From the NCBI GenBank assembly GCA_947630155.1, contig CANRGM010000001.1:1-52485 (forward strand): a DNA stretch of 52,485 bases. The letters run 5' to 3'. Each line of letters starts with the position of its first letter. Position 1 is the stretch's first letter. This stretch comes from an uncultured Clostridia bacterium (GTDB lineage: Bacteria; Bacillota; Clostridia; TANB77; CAG-508). Under the pieces are notes generated by a model. It ran no database searches, was not told where the DNA came from, and worked only from the letters and a program-made list of their open reading frames with translations. Position numbers and translations under genes: made by a program. Below, in pieces: positions 17,768 through 28,145 of this stretch.

Positions 17768-18703
17768 TTAATCAATATTTATCATTTTGTCTATAATATA
17801 TTGTGGACGCTGTTTAGTTTCATCATATATTCTTGCTATATATTCTGAAATAATCCATATTGATAATAATTGAACTCCACTGAATAAAGTAACTGTAACC
17901 ATAATTGAAGTCCAACCAGCAGTTAGATTATTTAAATTGAACATATATGAAATTACAGAATATATTAATATGGTTAAGGAAATTATTATGGATAATATAC
18001 CTAAACCTCCAACTATTTTTAAAGGTTTTGTCGAAAAACCAATTATTCCATTTGATGCTAATCGTAACATTTTCTTTAATGGATATTTAGTTTTACCTGC
18101 AAATCTCTCTTTTCGCTCATATTCAAATGCTACTTGCTTATAGCCAACCCAACTAAATAGTCCTCTTAAAAATTTATTGTGTTCAGGCATTGAATTTATT
18201 GTATCTATCACTTTTCTATCAACCAATCTAAAATCTCCTGTATCCTTTGGAATTTCTACATCAGATAACACATTTAGTGTTTTATAGAAAAGTTTTGCTG
18301 TTAGTAATTTAAAGGCTGATTCCCCTTCTCTTGTTTTTCTTTTTCCATAAATTACTTCATTTCCATCTTCCCATAATTTTAACATTTCTGGTATTAATTC
18401 AGGTGGATCTTGTAAATCTGCATCTATAATAACAATTGCATCTCCTGTTACATATTTTATTCCAGCAGTAACAGCACATTGGTGTCCAAAATTTCTTGAA
18501 AATGAGATTACTTTTACGTTTTCATCTTTATTTGCTATATCTTCTAGTATATTTAATGTTTTATCTTTACTTCCATCATTTACAAATATGATTTCATATT
18601 CATAATTATTAATTGATTTTAATATTTTTGTCATTCTTTCATAACATTCTTGTGCAACATCTTCTTCATAGTACATTGGAATTACAACCGATATTTTTTT
18701 CAT
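17768..18703 (-). CDS. GT2 polyprenyl-phosphate glycosyltransferase (CsbB/GtrB/ArnC-like)
   Basis: Carries ISVVIPMYYEE, FVNDGSKD and IIDADLQDPPE motifs, plus two C-terminal TM helices. The ATG at 18703 is preferred (GAAGGGA RBS) over the GTG at 18724. Confidence 0.85.
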   Translation of the reverse strand: MKKISVVIPMYYEEDVAQECYERMTKILKSINNYEYEIIFVNDGSKDKTLNILEDIANKDENVKVISFSRNFGHQCAVTAGIKYVTGDAIVIIDADLQDPPELIPEMLKLWEDGNEVIYGKRKTREGESAFKLLTAKLFYKTLNVLSDVEIPKDTGDFRLVDRKVIDTINSMPEHNKFLRGLFSWVGYKQVAFEYERKERFAGKTKYPLKKMLRLASNGIIGFSTKPLKIVGGLGILSIIISLTILIYSVISYMFNLNNLTAGWTSIMVTVTLFSGVQLLSIWIISEYIARIYDETKQRPQYIIDKMINID

Positions 18704-18762
18704 TTTATAGTTCCCTTCTTTCACAAAATATATTTGATTTATATATATTTAATACAAAATAC

Positions 18763-19764
18763 TTACTCCATTTCATATCCCAAATGCTCATATGCTGCTG
18801 GTAGTGGAATTCTTCCTCTTACAGTTCTAGAAATAAAACCAATTTGTATTAAGTAAGGCTCATACACATCTTCTAGGGTATCAACTTCCTCACCTATAGT
18901 AGTTGCTAAAGTATCAATTCCAACTGGTCTACCTGCGTATTTCGTAATCATTACATCTAATAATTTTCTATCTATTTCATCAAGTCCCATTTCATCTATT
19001 TCTAGCCTATTCAAAGCAGTTTTTGTTACTTTTAGATTTATATTTCCATCACTTAAAACAGATGCATAATCTCGAACCCTTTTTAATAATCTATTTGCAA
19101 TTCTTGGAGTTCCCCTTGAGCGCCTTGCTATTTCTTTTGCTGACTCTTCATCTATTCCTATGTCTAAAATTCTTGCAGAACGTTTAACTATTATAGATAA
19201 ATCCTCTACATCATATAATTCTAATCTATCAACAATTCCAAAACGATCTCTTAATGGTGTTGATAAACTACCAGCTTTTGTTGTAGCACCTATTAAAGTA
19301 AATTTAGGTAAGTCTATTCTAATTGACTTAGCTGTTGGACCTTTTCCTATTACAATATCAAGAGTAAAATCTTCTAATGCAGGATATAAAATTTCTTCTA
19401 CATTCTTATTTAGTCTGTGAATTTCATCAATAAATAATACATCAAATTCTTGTAAATTTGTTAATAATGCTGCTAAATCTCCTGATTTTTCAATAGCAGG
19501 ACCTGAAGTTATTTTTATATTTGAATTCATTTCATTTGATATTATATTAGCTAAAGTTGTTTTCCCAAGACCTGGAGGTCCATATAGTAAAACATGATCT
19601 AATGGTTCCTTTCTTCTTTTAGCAGCTTCTATGTATATCTTCATGTTTTCTTTTACTTTAGATTGGCCTATATATTCATTTAAAAATCTAGGTCTTAATG
19701 AAGTTTCTAATTTTTCTTCATTAATGTCTTCTAAATTTGGTCTCAATATTCTATCATCTTCCAT
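18763..19764 (-). CDS. ruvB: Holliday junction branch-migration helicase RuvB
   Basis: Walker [12 protein letters not shown], Walker [11 protein letters not shown], and [16 protein letters not shown]. The ATG at 19764 is preferred (GGGGGGA RBS) over the ATG at 19791. Confidence 0.95.
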   Translation of the reverse strand: MEDDRILRPNLEDINEEKLETSLRPRFLNEYIGQSKVKENMKIYIEAAKRRKEPLDHVLLYGPPGLGKTTLANIISNEMNSNIKITSGPAIEKSGDLAALLTNLQEFDVLFIDEIHRLNKNVEEILYPALEDFTLDIVIGKGPTAKSIRIDLPKFTLIGATTKAGSLSTPLRDRFGIVDRLELYDVEDLSIIVKRSARILDIGIDEESAKEIARRSRGTPRIANRLLKRVRDYASVLSDGNINLKVTKTALNRLEIDEMGLDEIDRKLLDVMITKYAGRPVGIDTLATTIGEEVDTLEDVYEPYLIQIGFISRTVRGRIPLPAAYEHLGYEME

Positions 19765-19787
19765 TTTTACATCCCCCCTATCTCTGG

Positions 19788-21827
19788 TCATTTTTTTAGT
19801 AAATTAAGTATATTAACTGATAATGAAATATCTAATTCATTTTCCAAACAATCGCAATAATTATTTAACTTTCCCATTTCTTCATCTGGAATTGATGCCA
19901 TCTCTAACTGCTCTCCTGTTTCTATTGAATACCAATCCCCATCATAAAAGTATCTATCTGTAATAATTCTTCCATTATTTAAACATACAAAATCTTTGTC
20001 TGAAAATACACTTGTTCCTAATGAAAATTGATCTTCTATTCCACAAATTTGAGTTAGTGTTGGTTTTAAATCTAATTTACTTACAGGTTTATCTATTTTC
20101 ATTGCTTCTACACCTGGTATTTTCATTCCGCAAAGAATATTTGAATAATTTATTTGTGTTTGAATATCGTTTAAATCCGGTTTTTTTTCTTTTATAAAAT
20201 CCTCCATTTCCAAATTATACATTTGCAATCCTGCATGATCTCCGAAAACTAAAATTACTGAATCATCATAGATACCTTCTTTTTTCAAATTATCTATAAA
20301 TATTCCAAAAGCATAATCTGCATAATTAACTGCTTCTAAATAATTTCCAAAAAATTCATCTCTATATTCTTCTCCTGGATCAAAGTCTAATTTTTCTTCT
20401 CTATTCTCCATTCCTTCTAATTCAAATGGGATATGAGAGGATGCTGTAACTATATTTATAAAGAACTTATTATCATAACTTTTTATTTCTTCAATAACCT
20501 TTTTATATACTTCCTCATCTGATATGTAGTCATTTATTCTTTCACTATTTTCGTCAAAAACATTATCAAATAGCAGGTTGTCTATCTGTAATCTTGAATA
20601 TACAGCTTGTCTATTCCAAAAACCACCATAATTTCCATGTATATATGTTGTTATATAATCATTTTTTTTAAAATTTTGATAAATATCATTATAATCATTT
20701 GATGAATATTGAGCAAATGACATTCCATTTTCTAGTGGATATAATGAGTTCATTATTGTATATTCTGAATCAGCTGTTGATGAATAACTTTGGTTATGCA
20801 TATTAGTAAATTGAATATTTTCATTTAAAAATTTATTCAAATTTGGTGTAATTTCATATCCATTTATTTTTCTATTTACCACAAAATTTTGTGCTGATTC
20901 CAATTGTATTACAATAACATTTTTATCTTTTGCAATATCTGTAAAATCATATTTTAGAGTATACATTGAATTATATTTTTCTTTTAAATTACTGTATGCA
21001 TCTAATACCGCGTCTTTAGTTTTGTATTTCACATTTTTCTTCATATTAAAATTATTTGTTATATCTATATAATGATATCCAAATATACTAGCAGTTTCTA
21101 TCTGCATAATTTTGTTATATTGATAAGTACTTGCCTTATTTATCCATATTGGTATAAATATACAAGAAATTATAATTATTGAAATTGTATAAATTATTCC
21201 TGGTTTAAAACTAAATGTGGCTTTTTTATCAATTTTTATTTTTTTTGAAAATAGCAAAATAAATATTAGTATTATATCTATGAAATATACTATCTGTTTT
21301 ATATGTATTAAATTTGGTAGGCTTGCCGAAATCTCTTTTCCATATTGCAAATTTGAAATTTGCGAAATAGATACTAGATTTGATGAATAATTATAATAAA
21401 TTTCATTTACACAAAGCAAAATACTAATAATAATATCAATCCCTACTGTTACCCAAAATCTAGCTCTTTGTTTTAGTAACATTGGTAGTATCATAAATAT
21501 ACATATGAATACACTTGACATGAATGTTATAGAGATTAATGTTGTTACTTGTAATTTTTGATTTAAGTAGATTACATTTGTATATAGGAAAATAGTTTTT
21601 AGTAGGATTATTAATCCTATTAAAAACGTAAATATCCTAGTATTAACAATTATAGTTGTAATCATTGTAAAAAATTGCTTTATATTTTCAGGAAATGATT
21701 CAGGTTGGTTATTAACCTCTTTATTAGAATTTTCTTCTTTATTTATTTGGTTAATTTCTTCCTTTTCTTCTCTATGATTATTCTTCTCCTCTATTTTTAT
21801 ATTATTATCTAACAATTTATTTCCCAT
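19788..21827 (-). CDS. LtaS-like sulfatase-family polyglycerolphosphate/phospho-transferase (polytopic N-terminus plus extracellular sulfatase-type domain)
   Basis: 679 aa. After a charged N-terminal tail come about five TM helices, then [19 protein letters not shown] and FGDH motifs typical of LTA-synthase-family enzymes. Confidence 0.75.
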   Translation of the reverse strand: MGNKLLDNNIKIEEKNNHREEKEEINQINKEENSNKEVNNQPESFPENIKQFFTMITTIIVNTRIFTFLIGLIILLKTIFLYTNVIYLNQKLQVTTLISITFMSSVFICIFMILPMLLKQRARFWVTVGIDIIISILLCVNEIYYNYSSNLVSISQISNLQYGKEISASLPNLIHIKQIVYFIDIILIFILLFSKKIKIDKKATFSFKPGIIYTISIIIISCIFIPIWINKASTYQYNKIMQIETASIFGYHYIDITNNFNMKKNVKYKTKDAVLDAYSNLKEKYNSMYTLKYDFTDIAKDKNVIVIQLESAQNFVVNRKINGYEITPNLNKFLNENIQFTNMHNQSYSSTADSEYTIMNSLYPLENGMSFAQYSSNDYNDIYQNFKKNDYITTYIHGNYGGFWNRQAVYSRLQIDNLLFDNVFDENSERINDYISDEEVYKKVIEEIKSYDNKFFINIVTASSHIPFELEGMENREEKLDFDPGEEYRDEFFGNYLEAVNYADYAFGIFIDNLKKEGIYDDSVILVFGDHAGLQMYNLEMEDFIKEKKPDLNDIQTQINYSNILCGMKIPGVEAMKIDKPVSKLDLKPTLTQICGIEDQFSLGTSVFSDKDFVCLNNGRIITDRYFYDGDWYSIETGEQLEMASIPDEEMGKLNNYCDCLENELDISLSVNILNLLKK

Positions 21828-21900
21828 TTAATTCCCCTTTTTAACCAACTCTTATATAAATGGATATTCTTTTTACTTAATCTATTATAACATTTTAGAT

Positions 21901-22257
21901 TTACTGAGTTCTCTTGAAATTCATTATTATAATTCCAATTATAATAATTGCCGCACCTACAATTCCTTGTTTTGACATTTGTTCTTTAAAGATTACAGCA
22001 GCACTAACTAAAGTTAATATTTGAACTATACCTGTGATAAATGGCATTATGTAACTCAAATCAAACATTATAACTATTCTTGTAAACAGTAGAAAACTAC
22101 ATAAGTAACACACAAAACCTATTGCACTTATCCAATTAATTGTAAAAGCTATGTTTCCTTCATTTAACTGTATTGTTCCAGAATTTCCACCTTTTTTCAT
22201 TAGTATTAGACCAGACACTGTTAAAATTAAATACATTACTATTAAAATACTCTTCAT
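21901..22257 (-). CDS. small 4-TM EamA/SMR-like membrane protein (candidate lipid-linked sugar flippase subunit, ArnE/F-like)
   Basis: 118 aa from the ATG at 22257 (AGGAGAAAGG RBS). It has four hydrophobic helices and sits next to the tagO-like gene. Confidence 0.5.
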   Translation of the reverse strand: MKSILIVMYLILTVSGLILMKKGGNSGTIQLNEGNIAFTINWISAIGFVCYLCSFLLFTRIVIMFDLSYIMPFITGIVQILTLVSAAVIFKEQMSKQGIVGAAIIIIGIIIMNFKRTQ

Positions 22258-22337
22258 AATATTTTTCCTTTCTCCTAACATACTTTTCTCCTTTATAATA
22301 TCATTTTCAATTCGATTCTTATTCTTTATTTATAAAG

Positions 22338-23420
22338 CTATTTTTTCTCCTTTGACTTTATAAAATCTCTATATCCTACTGAAATTACTGCTATAATCAT
22401 TAGGGCAAAAGAAATTGCTTTCCAAATTCCACTTTCTAATAAAATTATAGCAAACATACCTAAACATGCACTTATTCCATAGAGAATTAATACAGCTTGC
22501 TTTTGTGTATATCCCCTTTTCATTAACTTATGATGTAAATGACCTGTATCTGGAGAAAATATTGCTTTGATTGATTTTCCTTTTATAATTCTTCTAACAA
22601 TAGCAAATAATGTATCAGCTATTGGTAGGGCTAATATTATTAGAGGTGAAATTAAAACCAACAAAGTATAAGTTTTTGCTGTTCCCAAAATTGATATAAC
22701 CGCTAATGCAAAACCTAAAAACTGTGCTCCTGTATCACCTATAAAAGTTTTTGCTGGATTAAAATTATATGGTAAAAAGCCTACTATTGCACCGGCTAAG
22801 GCTGTTATTAATATAATTGCTATAATAGGAGACTGATTCATTGTAAATACTATTATTAGCGAAAAGCACGAAATTAGCGTTATACCAGAAGATAATCCAT
22901 CTAAACCATCTATTAAATTAATTGCATTTGTTATTCCAACTATCCAGCCTACAGAAATAATATAAATATATATATCATTATTTATGTTTAATGTTTGCTC
23001 TAAAAAAGGAATGTTTACATTATCAATTTTTATTCCAAAAGAAACTACTATCACTGCAGCAATAGTTTGTCCTATTAATTTAATTATTGCAGGAAGTCCT
23101 TTTACATCATCTATGAAGCATACTACTGCTAATACTATAATTCCTATTAGTAATCCAATTAATTTATGAAAATATTGTTCTTCTCCAAAAAGATCGAATG
23201 TTTTTTCTAATGTCATTACAAATAATAAATATGTGCATGATATTAGAAACCCTATAATCACCGCAATCCCACCAAGTCGTGGTGTTGGTTGTTCATTTAT
23301 TCTTCTTTTCTCTGGTAAATCTACGGCTCCAATTCTGTTAGCAAACCTTATTGTATACGGTGTTATTACAAAAGCTGTTACAAAGGCTAGTAAGAATGCT
23401 ATTGATATATCTCCCCACAT
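22338..23420 (-). CDS. tagO: GT4-type polyprenyl-phosphate HexNAc-1-phosphate transferase (MraY/WecA/TagO family)
   Basis: 360 aa, polytopic, with NAINLIDGLDGL and FIGDTGAQFLGF motifs. Confidence 0.85.
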   Translation of the reverse strand: MWGDISIAFLLAFVTAFVITPYTIRFANRIGAVDLPEKRRINEQPTPRLGGIAVIIGFLISCTYLLFVMTLEKTFDLFGEEQYFHKLIGLLIGIIVLAVVCFIDDVKGLPAIIKLIGQTIAAVIVVSFGIKIDNVNIPFLEQTLNINNDIYIYIISVGWIVGITNAINLIDGLDGLSSGITLISCFSLIIVFTMNQSPIIAIILITALAGAIVGFLPYNFNPAKTFIGDTGAQFLGFALAVISILGTAKTYTLLVLISPLIILALPIADTLFAIVRRIIKGKSIKAIFSPDTGHLHHKLMKRGYTQKQAVLILYGISACLGMFAIILLESGIWKAISFALMIIAVISVGYRDFIKSKEKK

Positions 23421-23441
23421 AATAATTCCCTCATTTCAAAA

Positions 23442-24554
23442 TTACTTATTATAATACTTTGCTATAATTGCATCTGCAATTCTTTTACTTGCTTTTCCAT
23501 CTCCATAGGGATTTGACGCTTTACTCATCTTTGAATATTCTTCTTCATTTTCAAGTAATTCTTTGGTCATTTGATAAATTTTTTCTTCATCAGTTCCAGC
23601 AAGTTTTAATGTTCCTGCATCTATTCCTTCTGGTCTTTCTGTAGTGTCTCTAAGTACTAATACGGGTTTTCCTAATGATGGAGCCTCTTCTTGAATTCCA
23701 CCACTGTCAGTTAATATTAAATATGATTTAGCTAAGAAATTGTGAAAGTCAATTACCTCCAATGGATCAATTAATTTTATTTTATCATTATTTCCTAATA
23801 CCTCATTAGCTACGCTCCTTACTTTTGGATTTAAATGAACCGGATATACTGCTTTTACATCACTAAACTCATCTAGAATTCTTTTTATTGCCTTAAACAT
23901 TCCTCTCATAGGTTCACCAAGGTTTTCTCTTCTATGTGCTGTAATAAGTATAAGTCTGTCATTACCCACCCAATCAAAAATTTCATTACAATATGATTCT
24001 TTTACTGTTGTTGCCAATGCGTCTATTGCTGTATTTCCAGTTACATAAATATTTTCTGATTTCTTTCCTTCACGTAAAAGACTATTTTTACTGTTCTCTG
24101 TTGGGGCAAAATGCATATCTGCAATCACTCCAACCATCTGTCTATTCATTTCTTCTGGGAAAGGAGAATACTTATTCCATGTTCTTAATCCAGCTTCAAC
24201 ATGTCCAACATCAACCTGGCAATAATATGATGCTAATGCACCAGCAAAAGTAGTTGTTGTATCACCATGGACTAAGACTATATTAGGCTTAACTTGATTT
24301 ATCACTTCTTCTAATCCTTTTAATGCTTTAGAAGTAATATCTGATAGAGTTTGTCCTTGTTGCATAATGTTTAAATCATAATCTGGTTTTATATCAAATG
24401 TATTTAATACTTGATCTAACATTTGTCTATGTTGTGCTGTTACACACACAATACATTCTATTTCCTTTCTTGCTTTTAGTTCTTTAACTAGTGGTGCCAT
24501 CTTTATAGCTTCTGGTCTTGTACCAAATATGGTCATAACTTTTACTTTTGACAT
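23442..24554 (-). CDS. mnaA: UDP-N-acetylglucosamine 2-epimerase (non-hydrolysing)
   Basis: Carries FGTRPEAIKMAPL, HVEAGLRT and DSGGIQEEAPSLGKPVLVLR motifs. Confidence 0.9.
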   Translation of the reverse strand: MSKVKVMTIFGTRPEAIKMAPLVKELKARKEIECIVCVTAQHRQMLDQVLNTFDIKPDYDLNIMQQGQTLSDITSKALKGLEEVINQVKPNIVLVHGDTTTTFAGALASYYCQVDVGHVEAGLRTWNKYSPFPEEMNRQMVGVIADMHFAPTENSKNSLLREGKKSENIYVTGNTAIDALATTVKESYCNEIFDWVGNDRLILITAHRRENLGEPMRGMFKAIKRILDEFSDVKAVYPVHLNPKVRSVANEVLGNNDKIKLIDPLEVIDFHNFLAKSYLILTDSGGIQEEAPSLGKPVLVLRDTTERPEGIDAGTLKLAGTDEEKIYQMTKELLENEEEYSKMSKASNPYGDGKASKRIADAIIAKYYNK

Positions 24555-25291
24555 TTTTTTTCTTCTCCTTTTCTTTTAAATTTTTCTATTAATACACAAA
24601 ATATGAATTTAAATAATTTTAATTGTCTAAATATCCTTTTAGGTTGTTTAATTAGTCTATATAGCCATTCTAAGTTTAATTTTATAATCCATTCTGGTGC
24701 TCTTTTTAATTTATTGCTAACTACATCAAAACTTCCACCAACTGGCATAATAATTTTTACGTTCTTTAATTTTTCCCTATTGTTGAAAATAAAATTATCT
24801 TGCTTTGGACTTCCTAACCCTACAAATAATATGTCTGGATTTGCTTTATTTATTTTTTGAATTGCTATATTTTCATCTACATAACCATCACATACGCCAA
24901 CAATATTTATTCCAGTGTATTTTTTTTCTAATTCTTCTTTAGCTGCTTCTGCAACCCCTGATTTTGCACCATAAAGAAATATTTTCAAATTATATTTTAT
25001 AGATTCTTCTATAATACTATACATAAAATCTATACCAGCTATTCTTTGAGTTATATTTCCATTATTAATTTTAGAAGCATATACTATTCCAATTCCATCC
25101 GGAATTTGGTATTTTTCTTTATTTATTTTTTCCTTATACACAACATCCTTATAGTTATTAATTACAATTTCTGGGTTTATATTAAAAATTATAGATTGCT
25201 TTTGATTTATGAAATCATCAAAAATTTCTTTTATTAATTCTTTTTTATCAGCTGTACATACATCAAACCCTAATATTCTTTCTTTATTCAT
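24542..25291 (-). CDS. tagA: WecB/TagA/CpsF-family ManNAc (or related) transferase
   Basis: Carries PDGIGIVYAS, GLGSPKQDNF, PVGGSFDV and PEWIIKLNLEWLYRL motifs. Confidence 0.85.
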   Translation of the reverse strand: MNKERILGFDVCTADKKELIKEIFDDFINQKQSIIFNINPEIVINNYKDVVYKEKINKEKYQIPDGIGIVYASKINNGNITQRIAGIDFMYSIIEESIKYNLKIFLYGAKSGVAEAAKEELEKKYTGINIVGVCDGYVDENIAIQKINKANPDILFVGLGSPKQDNFIFNNREKLKNVKIIMPVGGSFDVVSNKLKRAPEWIIKLNLEWLYRLIKQPKRIFRQLKLFKFIFCVLIEKFKRKGEEKKCQK

Positions 25292-25305
25292 ATCTACCTC
25301 TAATT

Positions 25306-26799
25306 TTACTTTTTAAATCTATTTTTAGCTCTATTCCAACTATTGTAAGTTAGAAATTTTATATTAATTTTATCTTGTAAATTAGATTGTTCCTCTTTAA
25401 TTATATTTATTTTTTCATTAATATCTGATACTTCTTTAGATAACAAATTATTAAAATCATCTAAAGATTTTTTATTAGTCTCCACTATAGTTTCTACTAA
25501 AGTTTCATACCTATTTTCTATATCATCTCGAATTTTAGAAATTTCATCTAAAAGATTAAAATACAAATCTAACTTATTAAAGTCATCTTTTAATGATACT
25601 GAAACTGTTTCTAATTCTATATATCTTTTTAAAACATTATAAAATGATCTACTAGAATATATATTTTCATTTGGAATTGCGCGTTTTAAATTTCCTATTT
25701 CTTCATATATTTTTGGCATATCATATGAACTCATAATTGTTATATTATCTATTTCCTTTTTATAGTTCATATATATTTCATTTGAAGAATATTCACTTAT
25801 AAAAAGTTTATATAATTCATCTCTTGCATCTTCTTTCAAATATACATTTTGTATTTGTTGCTTTAATTTATCAACTGTAATATCAGGCAATATTTTATTT
25901 ATAAAGTTTTCTTTTTTTATTGAATTATATAGTTGTAAATCAATAATTCCTGCAATTTTACCATATCCTGTAAGTAATGTTGGATACCCCATTGCAATTG
26001 CTTCCATAGCTGCTCTACTTGTTCCTATAATTCCATTATACTTATTATTTAACTCTTCACTAATATTATCACAATGTCCCATTAATAAAACTTTATTGTG
26101 TAATTCATTTTCTGCTATATATTGTTGTAATTCTTCCTTCTTGTTTCCATCACCATAAATGCATATTTTATTAATATCAATTTCATCCATTACACTTATG
26201 ATTTTCTTTATTTCTTCTATTTTATCACTATCTATTCTAGATATTAAAGCCCAATTTTTATTATCTATAACAACATTTTTTTTATATTTTGTTAAATCAA
26301 TTGCATTTGGCAAAAAGACCACTTTATCACTATTATTCACTACATGTTGCATTGCATATACACCTGTTTCAGAAACTGAAAATACTTTATCAATTTCACT
26401 TTCTATTATAGCCTTAAATAATAAATTATCATTTATTTGATTAGTAAAATTAAATGAAATTACCCCATGGTAGGTGTATACGATTGGAATATTCATAATT
26501 TTTGCTGCAAATACAGCAGGAAATATGGAATAAAATGGATGTGCATGAATAATATCAATTTTATTCTCTTTTACTATTTCAACTAATTTATTGACATCTT
26601 GATAAAATTCTTCTATTGAAGAATCAGCCGAAAATTTAAATCCTGTATAGATTTTTGCATTACCAAAATCAAAATTACTACTATAATTGCTAAATGCAAA
26701 TGAAAAGTTATTTTCATTTTTCATGGCTGTATATTGAGTATAAATTTGAGTTTCTAATCCACCTCTTGTGAAATTTTGACTAACCACTAATATATTCAC
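25306..26799 (-). CDS. GT4 (GT-B) glycosyltransferase with a C-terminal coiled-coil extension of about 130 aa
   Basis: The N-terminal MNILVVSQNFTRGGLETQ and HAHPFYS region is typical of GT-B enzymes. The C-terminal region is heptad-like and charged (DEISKIRDDIENRYETLVETIVETNKKSLDDFNNLLSKEVSDINEKINIIKEEQSNLQDKI). Confidence 0.7.
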   Translation of the reverse strand: MNILVVSQNFTRGGLETQIYTQYTAMKNENNFSFAFSNYSSNFDFGNAKIYTGFKFSADSSIEEFYQDVNKLVEIVKENKIDIIHAHPFYSIFPAVFAAKIMNIPIVYTYHGVISFNFTNQINDNLLFKAIIESEIDKVFSVSETGVYAMQHVVNNSDKVVFLPNAIDLTKYKKNVVIDNKNWALISRIDSDKIEEIKKIISVMDEIDINKICIYGDGNKKEELQQYIAENELHNKVLLMGHCDNISEELNNKYNGIIGTSRAAMEAIAMGYPTLLTGYGKIAGIIDLQLYNSIKKENFINKILPDITVDKLKQQIQNVYLKEDARDELYKLFISEYSSNEIYMNYKKEIDNITIMSSYDMPKIYEEIGNLKRAIPNENIYSSRSFYNVLKRYIELETVSVSLKDDFNKLDLYFNLLDEISKIRDDIENRYETLVETIVETNKKSLDDFNNLLSKEVSDINEKINIIKEEQSNLQDKINIKFLTYNSWNRAKNRFKK

Positions 26800-26826
26800 A
26801 ATTTTCCCCCAATCTTAATATATTAT

Positions 26827-28122
26827 TTATTCATATTTTTTTATTAGCTCTACTATTTTTAAAGCCTTCTTATTCCATGTGTTTTCTTTTGCTTCTTTCT
26901 CTAGCAACTCATAATAATTAGGATTATTTTCTTTGTTCATATTCACTGATTTTTCTATTAAATCCACAAATTCTTTTTTATCATTAGCAATCATTACTGA
27001 TTGATATTTTTTACATTCCTTCATTGCTGTTGTAACAATCGGTTTACCCAATGCCATATATTCAAAAAGTTTCACTGGTGAAGTTGCATTTGTTATTGAA
27101 TTTATTATAAAAGGTATTGTACAAACAGTAAATTTATTTGCATAATTTTGTAAGACAGAATAATCTTTGCATCCCATATAATATATATTAGAATATTCAT
27201 TTAATTTTGCTTTTTCTAATGAGTCATCATATTTAATACCAAATAATACAATATTATATTCCTTTTTTGTTTCAGCTAAATATTTAATCAAATCATAGTC
27301 AAACCAACTTGCTAATGCACCATAATACCCTATTATAGGTTTATTTTCTTTTAATATTTTTAAAAATTCATCTTCAAACATATAGTTTTGCTGTATATCT
27401 TTAAAGTGCTCTAAATCTACTCCATTACATGAATATACTAATTTTTCATTACCTCTTTTTTGCAATATATCTTTTTCTATTTCATCTGCTGTTACTACTA
27501 CAAAAACATTTTCTTTGTCATTTAAAATGTACTCATATTTATCCATTAAATTCTTTGGAAGTTCTTTTGCTCCTACTAATAGTGGACTTAAATCATCTAT
27601 ATATTCATATATTATTTTGTACCCAGAATTAATATAATTCTTTAACTCATTTAAGGTCATATTGCAATCAGTAGAATATATTTGTATATATTTTGGAATT
27701 TTAATACTATTTATCCTATTTAATAGCATTTTTTTCATTGCTATATTATTAAAATTAATTAAGTATAAACCATCTGATACTTTTTTTATATTTTTAACTT
27801 TATCAGTCATTGTTGTTACTTCATAAAAAACTAAACAATTTTGATTAGCTAGGTTTTTTGAAATGTGTTGTGGTCTTTGGTAAAGTGGAACATTCCATCC
27901 AAAAGTACTTCTCCAAATTATAATTCTATCATATTTATTATTAGAAAATATATCATTTAAAATTTTGTTATATTTTTTTCTATTTATTTTAATATCTAAA
28001 TATGAAAAAATATTTATTTTTGACAAATAGTTTGATTTTATATATTTATATACTTTTTTTAATGTAAATATTAATCCATCTTTTTTTAAAACACTAATAA
28101 ATTTTACAATCTTATCTTTCAT
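26827..28122 (-). CDS. TuaH-like GT-B glycosyltransferase, paralogue A
   Basis: 431 aa. The C-terminal half has IGYYGALASWFDY, YDDSLEKAKL, TSPVKLFEYMALGKPIVTT, AMKECKKY and KEAKENTW blocks, shared with 29533-30825. Confidence 0.7.
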   Translation of the reverse strand: MKDKIVKFISVLKKDGLIFTLKKVYKYIKSNYLSKINIFSYLDIKINRKKYNKILNDIFSNNKYDRIIIWRSTFGWNVPLYQRPQHISKNLANQNCLVFYEVTTMTDKVKNIKKVSDGLYLINFNNIAMKKMLLNRINSIKIPKYIQIYSTDCNMTLNELKNYINSGYKIIYEYIDDLSPLLVGAKELPKNLMDKYEYILNDKENVFVVVTADEIEKDILQKRGNEKLVYSCNGVDLEHFKDIQQNYMFEDEFLKILKENKPIIGYYGALASWFDYDLIKYLAETKKEYNIVLFGIKYDDSLEKAKLNEYSNIYYMGCKDYSVLQNYANKFTVCTIPFIINSITNATSPVKLFEYMALGKPIVTTAMKECKKYQSVMIANDKKEFVDLIEKSVNMNKENNPNYYELLEKEAKENTWNKKALKIVELIKKYE

Positions 28123-28145
28123 ATTCTCTCCATATAAAAATTTTG

